Position numbers and translations under genes: made by a program
The notes under the pieces: model-generated
Seen by the model: the letters and a program-made list of their open reading frames with translations, nothing else
Database searches by the model: none
Told to the model about the DNA's origin: nothing
In this document: in pieces, positions 17,985 through 24,951 of the stretch
How positions within the stretch are numbered: the stretch's first letter is position 1
Layout of the letters: each line of letters begins with the position of its first letter
DNA from: Thermodesulfobacterium commune DSM 2178
GTDB taxonomy: Bacteria; Desulfobacterota; Thermodesulfobacteria; Thermodesulfobacteriales; Thermodesulfobacteriaceae
Length of the DNA stretch: 32,000 nt
Assembly (NCBI RefSeq): GCF_000734015.1
Contig: NZ_CP008796.1
Span: 1,500,001-1,532,000 of the forward strand
Reading direction: 5' to 3'

Positions 17985-18860
17985 TTAGTTTAACAAAAAA
18001 CTTCCATCACATCTTCCTTGAAAAGAAAACTCTACCAAACCTTCTCGACAGGTAGCAAAGCTAACCTCTTTTATCTGATTAACCTTATTATATATCTTTT
18101 CTATAAGACTTTTTCTTATCTCCTCTGGGAGATAGATACCACCTTTTTTCCTTTCTCCTTTTTGAAGATAAAGATCTGTTAATATTTTTGCCTTTTCAGG
18201 AAAGGCTTTTATTAACCGTTTTAACGACCGCGGGTTAGCTTTATAGGTACTTACCACCACATGCTTAACAAAGGGCAAGACCTCGGTTAAAACCTCTAAA
18301 ACTTCTTCTTCGTTAACCTCAGGAATAATAGGGTCTATCCTAACGATGGTAGGGATTCCTTCTTGAGAGAGAACCTTTAAAGCTAAAAGCCTTTCTTCAA
18401 AAGAAGGAGCCCCAGGTTCAAGCCTTACCTGATAAACTTTAGTGGTGATGGTGATGGCTACAGCAACCCTTAGTTTTTTCAAAAGGTCTATATCCCTTAA
18501 CACAAGGTTTGATTTGGTAATGATGAGCACCTTCAAAGGAAGTCCCTTAATTAAGTCTAAAAACATCCTGGTAGACTTGTGAATTTTTTCTAAAGGTTGA
18601 TAAGGGTCTGAAGAGTTAGAGAGAGAAATAAGGCTTTCAGGGGGGAGTTTAGGTAACTCCTTTTCTATCTTTTTTAAAAACTCCTTTTTAGGGCGTGGGG
18701 AGTAAAAGTCCTTGATAAAAATGCTTGCATAACAATAAAGACACCCATGTCCACATCCAGTGTAAGGATTTAAAGAATACTTAGGAGGGCAGGTACAAAG
18801 AGGGGATTTCCACGGATCAAAGGGAGTAATATATGGCATAGCGATTTTAAATATAAACAC
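17985..18860 (-). CDS. radical SAM protein (SplB / DNA-repair-photolyase-like family)
   Basis: CGHGCLYCYA is a CX3CX2C radical SAM cluster motif near the N-terminus. The start is ambiguous: GTG at 18860 or ATG at 18839. Confidence 0.75.
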   Translation of the reverse strand: MFIFKIAMPYITPFDPWKSPLCTCPPKYSLNPYTGCGHGCLYCYASIFIKDFYSPRPKKEFLKKIEKELPKLPPESLISLSNSSDPYQPLEKIHKSTRMFLDLIKGLPLKVLIITKSNLVLRDIDLLKKLRVAVAITITTKVYQVRLEPGAPSFEERLLALKVLSQEGIPTIVRIDPIIPEVNEEEVLEVLTEVLPFVKHVVVSTYKANPRSLKRLIKAFPEKAKILTDLYLQKGERKKGGIYLPEEIRKSLIEKIYNKVNQIKEVSFATCREGLVEFSFQGRCDGSFLLN

Positions 18861-18885
18861 CCTACCCTAAAATTCAACCAAGGAA

Positions 18886-19831
18886 CTTTACCCAAATTTG
18901 CCGATAGAGATTTATAATCATCCATAATCTCCCCATTTTCCAATTGCTCTAAACGATTTATAATATCACCCATTGGGTGAAAAAATTTTCTAAATCTAAG
19001 AGGGTGCCATTATGCCGCAAAACTCTCTTAACTTCAAAATCCTAAAAACTAACGAACCTATCACCCCTTGTTCAGGACTTGCTCTTGTTGATGCCTTCCT
19101 CAAAAACTCTGGAATAAAAACCTTAATAGACCAACATATGCCTTTACCTGGTTCAAACAGAGGTTACATCGCCTTGCAACATACAAGCAGAAAAACAGAC
19201 ATCCCAAGATGACTTACAAGGGATCTCGTAAATACAGACCCATGATTACGGCCTTTAAAGAGGTGCCTTTGATAGTTTATCATAAATTTAAGGAAGGCAA
19301 TAGGCATGATGGGCATGTAAGGGCGATAGAAGCAGCTTTTGAGATTTTGCCTGAGGGTAAGAGGATAGTGAGGTGTTTTACCGATACAATGAGAGGGGGG
19401 GAGATGGAGAACATTATCAAGGAGTTGAAGATAGGATTTGGAGCTGAATATATGCCTTTTGGGGATTTTGGAGCCAATGCGTTTTGGTTTGGGTTACAGG
19501 TTTTGAGTTATAACATTTTTGTTATGTTAAGAGAGGAAATACTGCCATGGGATTGCAGGAGGAGAAGGATAGAGATGGTTAAATGGTTGGTGTGAAAGGT
19601 GGGGTTAGTAGAGTTTTTATATGGGGAGGTTAAGAGAGGATACGGGAGAAATATGTTTAGAATCAGGGGAAAAAGATTTGAGAGGAGTGGGTACAGGTAG
19701 AAAATGGAATAGATTTTATATGGGGGTTGGGAAGAACTGTAGAAAGTAACTAAGGAATATGATTTTTAAGTATAAAAATTACGGAGAGATTTTTTATTTT
19801 ATTTTCTATCGGGAAATTTGGGGAGGGAAAG
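18886..19831 (+). mobile_element. internally deleted IS1380-family element (about 0.95 kb remnant)
   Basis: Imperfect terminal inverted repeats: CTTTACCCAAATTTGCCGATAG (18886-18907) versus CTATCGGGAAATTTGGGGAGGGAAAG (19806-19831). They enclose frameshifted, truncated transposase fragments. Confidence 0.7.
19012..19595 (+). pseudogene. IS1380-family transposase pseudogene (two frames, internal deletions)
   Basis: The N-terminal fragment carries the LPLPGSNRGY signature. The second frame has TYKGSRKYRP..FKEGN (an early catalytic-domain segment) fused directly to the C-terminal ENIIKELK..FGANAFWF..LSYNIF region. The catalytic core is missing. Confidence 0.7.
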
Positions 19832-19836
19832 CTTTC

Positions 19837-19864
19837 TTGAGTTTTTAAAAATATGGATTATATT
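19837..19864 (+). promoter_or_regulatory. candidate promoter for rpmE-prfA
   Basis: TTGAGT (19837-19842), 16-nt spacer, TATATT (19859-19864), immediately outside the right end of the IS remnant. Confidence 0.35.
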
Positions 19865-19903
19865 TTTAAATATTAAATAAAATTATTGAAGAGGTGTAAA
19901 GAG

Positions 19904-20122
19904 ATGAAAAAGGATATTCATCCCAAATACTATCCTAATGCAGTTATTAGGTGTGCTTGTGGTAATGAATTAAGAGTAGGGTCTACTAAACCTGAAATTA
20001 GAGTAGAAATTTGCTCTAAGTGTCATCCTTTCTTTACTGGTGAGATGAAATTTGTTGATACCGAAGGAAGGATTGAAAAATTTATGAAAAAATACTCTGA
20101 CTTTTATCAAAATAAAAAATAA
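19904..20122 (+). CDS. rpmE: 50S ribosomal protein L31 (Zn-ribbon, C+ type)
   Basis: [10 protein letters not shown]-terminus, Cys pairs CAC and [20 protein letters not shown] supports ATG 19904 rather than TTG 19886. Confidence 0.92.
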   Translation: MKKDIHPKYYPNAVIRCACGNELRVGSTKPEIRVEICSKCHPFFTGEMKFVDTEGRIEKFMKKYSDFYQNKK

Positions 20123-20128
20123 GCAGCT

Positions 20129-21232
20129 ATGAGTTTATCTAATATTTACTTGACAAAACTTGAAACTATAGAAAGAAAGTTTGAAGACTTAGCGGCTAAA
20201 CTTTCAGACCCTGAAATTATTTCAGACCCTTCAGTTTATGCTAAGCTTGCTAAGGAACATTCTGAACTTACAGAAATTGTATCTGTTTTTAAAGAATATA
20301 AGAAAGTCCTTAAAGAAATAGAAGAAAACAAAACCATCATAGAAGAGGAAACTGACGAGGAGTTAGTAGATTTAGCTAAAGAGGAACTAAAAATTTTAGA
20401 AAAACGTTTAGAAGAACTGGAAAAATTACTCCCTATACTTCTTCTTCCTAAAGATCCAAACGACGAAAAAAACGTTATCTTAGAGATCAGGGCTGGAGCA
20501 GGAGGAGAGGAGGCAGCTCTTTTTGCTGCTGAACTCTTAAGGATGTATCAGAGGTACGCTGAAAGAAAAGGCTGGAAGTTTGAAATCCTTGATGCCAACG
20601 ACACCGGACTTGGCGGTTTTAAAGAAGTTGTAGCTAAAATAGAAGGAAAAGGGGCTTATTCTCGTTTAAAATATGAAAGCGGGGTACATAGGGTACAAAG
20701 AGTACCTATAACTGAAAGTTCTGGAAGGATTCACACCTCTACAGTGACGGTAGCTGTTCTTCCCGAGGTAGATGAAGTAGATATAGAGATCAACCCTGAG
20801 GACCTTAAGATTGAAACCATGCGTGCAAGCGGACACGGAGGGCAACACGTAAACAAAACAGAAAGTGCGGTAAGAATTACTCACATTCCTACCGGTATTG
20901 TAGTTACCTGCCAAAACGAAAGAAGTCAACATCAAAACAAAGCTACTGCTCTAAAAATCTTAAGGGCTAAACTTTACGAACTTGCACAAAGAGAACAACA
21001 TGAAAAGATTCAAAAAGAAAGAAGAGCTCAGGTAGGTACCGGAGAACGTTGCGAAAAAATAAGAACCTATAACTTTCCTCAAAACCGGGTCACTGACCAT
21101 CGCGTTGGTATCACCATCTACAACTTGCCAGAGGTCCTTGACGGAGATTTAGACGAATTTATAGATGCTCTGATTGCCCATTACAGAGCAGAAATGTTAA
21201 AACAAGAAGAAGGTCTAGGTATGGCAGCCTAA
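20129..21232 (+). CDS. prfA: peptide chain release factor 1
   Basis: GGQ motif (SGHGGQHVN), RF1-type tripeptide context [14 protein letters not shown]. 367 aa. Confidence 0.93.
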   Translation: MSLSNIYLTKLETIERKFEDLAAKLSDPEIISDPSVYAKLAKEHSELTEIVSVFKEYKKVLKEIEENKTIIEEETDEELVDLAKEELKILEKRLEELEKLLPILLLPKDPNDEKNVILEIRAGAGGEEAALFAAELLRMYQRYAERKGWKFEILDANDTGLGGFKEVVAKIEGKGAYSRLKYESGVHRVQRVPITESSGRIHTSTVTVAVLPEVDEVDIEINPEDLKIETMRASGHGGQHVNKTESAVRITHIPTGIVVTCQNERSQHQNKATALKILRAKLYELAQREQHEKIQKERRAQVGTGERCEKIRTYNFPQNRVTDHRVGITIYNLPEVLDGDLDEFIDALIAHYRAEMLKQEEGLGMAA

Positions 21233-21253
21233 ACCCTCGATAAGGAGGGACAT

Positions 21254-21607
21254 ATGATCGAACATTATAGCTTTGGAAGCCTTACTTTTAAAGGGCAAAA
21301 TTATACCAAAGACCTTATCATACTCTGTACACAAGAAGAAGAAAAAATCTTTAGTTCCTGGTGGAGAAAAGAAGGGCACAAACTTCATGTAGAAGATTTA
21401 GCAGACATCTGGGATAAAGGGATCAAGTTTTTGATAGTAGGCATGGGAGCAAATGGGTTGATGCAAGTTACCCAAGAAGTTAAAGAAAAAGCTAAAGAAT
21501 TAGGGATAATCCTTGAAGCCTATCCTACGGCTCAAGCTACCCAAAGGTTTAATGAACTTTATTCTCAAGGTGTATCTTTAGCTGGGGCCTTTCATCTCAC
21601 CTGTTAA
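21254..21607 (+). CDS. Mth938-domain (DUF498-like) protein
   Basis: 117 aa. The pattern F.G..Y..D.I......W....H.L..ED, then LIVG.G and a C-terminal FHLTC, resembles the Mth938/NDUFAF3-like family. AAGGAGGG RBS. Confidence 0.6.
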   Translation: MIEHYSFGSLTFKGQNYTKDLIILCTQEEEKIFSSWWRKEGHKLHVEDLADIWDKGIKFLIVGMGANGLMQVTQEVKEKAKELGIILEAYPTAQATQRFNELYSQGVSLAGAFHLTC

Positions 21608-21619
21608 TTTTTGTTAATT

Positions 21620-22843
21620 TTAGTTCCAACTCCAGGGATTTTCTTTGTTGTAAGGCTTAGAAACTGCTGGTTGGTCTGTTGATATAGGTTTTGGCCTTTT
21701 CTGCAGTTCCCGAGAATAGGGTTGAGGTTGTCCGGTATATCCCTGTGGTTGAGTCTCAGAAGGGATGGATTGGGATTGATAGAGTGGGGAAGTGGTGTTA
21801 GGGACAGGGGTAGGAGAAGCGGAGGGTTGCGTTTGAACTGGAGGTGGAGTGTAAGGTTGGGGTGGAAGTTGAGGCACTTGAATAACCTGCGTCTGATATC
21901 CCTGTGGAGCCTTTTCTTTTTTTTCTTTTATAAAAGGGAACTGGGATAGAAACTTAGAAAATATTCCTTCCTCTTCTTGATAGTAGTAATAAGGAGAGGC
22001 TGAATAAGGATAATAAGGAACTCCTCCGTAATATCCAAGATAAGGTGCTGGTAACCCAGAGGTCGCGTTGGTTTGATTTGAGGAGGAGGTTTTACGTTTA
22101 GTTTCTTCGTCATCAGCCCAACCAACAGTACCTTTGGTTACATCGATAACCAGACCCTTGGTAAGAGATTCTTCTACATCTACATCCGTAAAACCTTTAG
22201 CTCTGGTGACCTTAGGCTTAGAATCCCCTGTACGAGGAGGGAAAAGATAGGGGTAATAGTAATAATAACCTCTTTCAGGATGTTCTTTGCTTATACTATA
22301 AGAAGACATGGCATACATAGGTTCAGCACGATAAAAATCTTCCTCTGTACCTTCTATGTATACCTTTGCCTTAAAGGCAAAACGCGTAAGTTGTGGGATA
22401 ACCTCAGAAACACCCTTTAACTCCTGGAAAAACTGTACTGGCTTTCTAGGAGAGGTTAAACTAAGCATTTGAGCATCTATGCTTACCGCTTCTCCTAAAA
22501 CCGTAACGCTTCCCCAGATTACGTAATCTACATTAAACCTTTGCCCAAGGGATTGAGCTGTTTCTTTGTTGATTTTTTTAACTTCTTTTACTACCCCTTT
22601 TACCAACTCAGGGTCAACTACCTCTATTTTATTAGGAGCAAACAATCTACTAACAAGCATCTCAGGAATGGCTTCCTTCAAGTAAGATAAATCTCTATCT
22701 GCATAAACGTCAAAAGGAAGGATCAAAACTTTTTTTACTGTTCCGTTATCTTTAACTTCTTCAGCCTGAACCCAAGAAACGCATAAACATAACACACTAA
22801 AAATTAAAAAAAGATTTATAAAAAATTTAAACCTTTTCCCCAT
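21620..22843 (-). CDS. secreted protein with an N-terminal alpha/beta domain and a Tyr/Pro/Gln-rich low-complexity C-terminal half
   Basis: Signal peptide MGKRFKFFINLFLIFSVLCLCVSWVQAEE. A GGTGAGGTGG RBS supports ATG 22843 rather than 22876. An ILPF..YL...I......L...VDYVIWG block resembles TolB-N/LpoB/CsgG-like periplasmic domains. Then YYYYYPY, PYYPYSASPYYYY and a PQ-rich tail. Confidence 0.75.
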   Translation of the reverse strand: MGKRFKFFINLFLIFSVLCLCVSWVQAEEVKDNGTVKKVLILPFDVYADRDLSYLKEAIPEMLVSRLFAPNKIEVVDPELVKGVVKEVKKINKETAQSLGQRFNVDYVIWGSVTVLGEAVSIDAQMLSLTSPRKPVQFFQELKGVSEVIPQLTRFAFKAKVYIEGTEEDFYRAEPMYAMSSYSISKEHPERGYYYYYPYLFPPRTGDSKPKVTRAKGFTDVDVEESLTKGLVIDVTKGTVGWADDEETKRKTSSSNQTNATSGLPAPYLGYYGGVPYYPYSASPYYYYQEEEGIFSKFLSQFPFIKEKKEKAPQGYQTQVIQVPQLPPQPYTPPPVQTQPSASPTPVPNTTSPLYQSQSIPSETQPQGYTGQPQPYSRELQKRPKPISTDQPAVSKPYNKENPWSWN

Positions 22844-22959
22844 TATCCACCTCACCTGAAGACTAAAATACACCACTACAAGATAAAGGTTAACCCAATT
22901 TTATATTTTGTCAAAAGCACACCCCTTATCTTTCACAGGGTTTAACTTAACTATTTATC

Positions 22960-23048
22960 CTTTACTACCCTAAGTTGTTGATAAAAATTTATAATCATAC
23001 ATATCTCCTATTTTCTAATTGCTCCAAACGATTTATAATATCACCCAT
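22960..23048 (+). repeat. second, solo copy of the IS1380-like left end
   Basis: 22960-23048 aligns with 18886-18973. It is about 90% identical over the inner 62-64 bp (ATTTATAATCAT...AAACGATTTATAATATCACCCAT) and more diverged over the outer ~25 bp. The copy ends exactly at the MITE-like element. Confidence 0.7.
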
Positions 23049-23050
23049 CA

Positions 23051-23387
23051 TAGTGTTTATTTAATTGTGTCTACCAATGTGGGGGTAAGAAGCCTCCTTC
23101 CTAAAATTAGATATCGCTTCTTTAAATCCAGGTAAAATCCTACTCCTGTATCTCTCGTTCATCTCCAACAATACCCAAATATACTACCTTGTAAACTGAA
23201 TCCATCCCTGAAAATACCTCTAATTATCTTAGCCCTCATCAAGATATCCCTTCATTAGCCTCTCTAATTGATTCGTAGTATAAATAAACCTTTTAACCTC
23301 TTTCTTAATTTTGAGTTTAACTTTATCATTTTTACCAGAAGGGGAGCCCCTTACCCCTAAGATTTAGACACAATTAATGAAACACTA
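23051..23387. mobile_element. MITE-like non-autonomous element (337 bp, ends +/-2 nt)
   Basis: 23-bp terminal inverted repeats TAGTGTTTATTTAATTGTGTCTA (23051-23073) and TAGACACAATTAATGAAACACTA (23365-23387), with 21/23 positions complementary. Looser complementarity extends to about 45 bp. No ORF. It shares the AATTGTGTCT core with the IS256-family ends at 30478 and 31778. Confidence 0.65.
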
Positions 23388-23680
23388 CCTTTGGAAAGCG
23401 TTTTTTAGCGGTTTCTCTTGAGCCTTGGGTGAGTTTGCAAAATTGTGATAGTATTTGAGACTTTAACTTTTTTGATTTAGCTTGGTTTTATTGAAGGGCT
23501 AATTTTTTAATTAACTTTTCTCTCTGTGCCTTAAAAATTTTGGTATCAGGGAAGAAATTTTAATTTTCAAGCACAGAATTTTTGATCTAACAATCTTTAT
23601 TTCAGAAAAATTTTTACGATCTAATACTTGAAATAAAAAATGACATTTTGACTTTGAAACTACAGTGTCCGAAATTTTAG

Positions 23681-23709
23681 TTGACTTTAAAGTTATGTAT
23701 TCTTATAAT
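23681..23709 (+). promoter_or_regulatory. near-consensus sigma70 promoter upstream of the exopolysaccharide locus
   Basis: TTGACT (23681-23686), 17-nt spacer, TATAAT (23704-23709), 48 nt upstream of ATG 23757. The inverted repeat TATGTATT-N9-AATACATA (23694-23718) straddles the -10. Confidence 0.55.
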
Positions 23710-23756
23710 AAATACATAGTAAGTTAAAAAATAAATTTAAAAAAAAGGGTTATTTT

Positions 23757-24941
23757 ATGTTTTTTACGGTAAAGGTATTATCTTTTATAATTTTAGTTAT
23801 CTTTTCGGTTAATCTCTTTTTGGTTATTTATGATTTTATCAGGAGGTTTTTAACCCAGATAAAATATCAAAGATTAGACCGTGCTCGCAACTATTTTACT
23901 CGGATTTTAGAGGAGATATTTCGTGCCCCTTCAGTAGATTTGTCTAAACTTAAACCAAAGCTAAAAGTTTCTTCTTCATTGGAGAGACAGGCCCTTTTAG
24001 AGACGCTTCTAAATTATTCTTCAAGGCAACCTGAAAAGAGTTTTATCTTTGCTCAGGAGCTTGGTTACATAGAGGAATATGAGAAAAAGCTTAATTCTTC
24101 TAAACCCTATGAAAGAGGAGAAGCCTTCAGAACATTGGCTATTTTAGGTTCTAAAAGAAGTTTAGAAAGGATGTTAGAGGCCTTGCAAAGGGAAAATCAC
24201 CCAGAGATAGCTTTTGTAGGGTTTTTGAGTTGCCTTAAACTTATTGATAAAGCTTATTTTAAAACGTTTTTCAACCTTCTTTATGAAAAGCAAAAACAAA
24301 GGGTTTTGAACCTTAGATCGGTTAGTCTGGTAATCACCGATTTTATAGATAGGTTTAAAGAACAGGCAAGTTTTTCTATCTATGATTTCCTAAAAGAACA
24401 ACCTCCCTCTAATTCCTTTAGGATAGCTCTTTTGGAAGGATTTTACTATTCTAAACATTTAGATGAAACCTTGCTCAGGATAGTAAAAGAGCATCTTAAT
24501 TTTGAGCATCCAGAAATTTTGGCTAAAGCCTTGAAAGTGTTAAGCAAAGCCGTTGAGTTTGATAAAGAAGTTGGTTCAGAGGAAATTTTGCCTTTTTTGA
24601 GGCATCCATCCTGGTTTGTTAGGCTTTCAGCTTTAAAGGTTTTAGAAAAGAAGATAACCCCTGAGATGGTAGAACATGTGGCCCCACTGTTAGAAGATAA
24701 AAATGCCTTAGTAAGAAGAGAGGCAGCCAAGGCGTTATTTAAGCTTCCTATAGAAGAACTAATCATCAGATTGCCTTCTTTGCTTGAGATTAAAGACCCA
24801 TATGGTAGGGATAGCTTGGTAGAAGAAATGGTAATGAGTGGGGTTTGGGAAAGATTAAAAGATGGTGGGATTAAAGGTCCTTTAAAGAGTTATGTCGAGA
24901 ATATAATGTCTTTTTTGCAGTTAAACTATAAAATGGCATAA
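23757..24941 (+). CDS. membrane-anchored HEAT-repeat protein
   Basis: N-terminal TM helix (VKVLSFIILVIFSVNLFLVIY), then repeated HEAT/PBS-lyase-like units (e.g. LRHPSWFVRLSALKVLEK, LLEDKNALVRREAAKALFKL). First gene of the cluster. Confidence 0.75.
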   Translation: MFFTVKVLSFIILVIFSVNLFLVIYDFIRRFLTQIKYQRLDRARNYFTRILEEIFRAPSVDLSKLKPKLKVSSSLERQALLETLLNYSSRQPEKSFIFAQELGYIEEYEKKLNSSKPYERGEAFRTLAILGSKRSLERMLEALQRENHPEIAFVGFLSCLKLIDKAYFKTFFNLLYEKQKQRVLNLRSVSLVITDFIDRFKEQASFSIYDFLKEQPPSNSFRIALLEGFYYSKHLDETLLRIVKEHLNFEHPEILAKALKVLSKAVEFDKEVGSEEILPFLRHPSWFVRLSALKVLEKKITPEMVEHVAPLLEDKNALVRREAAKALFKLPIEELIIRLPSLLEIKDPYGRDSLVEEMVMSGVWERLKDGGIKGPLKSYVENIMSFLQLNYKMA

Positions 24942-24951
24942 GAGAGGGAAG

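Noticed and set aside
18770-18973. 67-aa minus-strand ORF (MGDIINRLEQLENGEIMDDYK...)
   Set aside because: It starts inside the IS left end and runs through the IR into the start of the radical SAM gene in another frame. The second copy of its first ~13 codons at 23048 diverges immediately afterwards. It is probably not a real gene, although the conserved outward ATG is noted in the findings.
19615-19725. Direct repeats TTTTATATGGGG 99 bp apart, considered as a CRISPR or tandem-repeat array
   Set aside because: There are only two 12-bp copies, with no regular repeat-spacer periodicity, and they lie inside the IS remnant. This is not a CRISPR array.
21722-21949. 75-aa plus-strand ORF (MRLSGISLWLSLRRDGLG...)
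   Set aside because: It is the antisense shadow of the Pro/Gln-rich region of the 418-aa secreted protein gene, a compositional artefact with no RBS.
23544-23561. TATCAGGGAAGAAATTTT as a possible degenerate right inverted repeat completing a second IS1380-derived element (22960 to about 23565)
   Set aside because: It has only a loose resemblance to CTATCGGGAAATTTGGGG, and the sequence between the MITE and this site does not align convincingly with the right arm of the first copy. The support is too weak to call.
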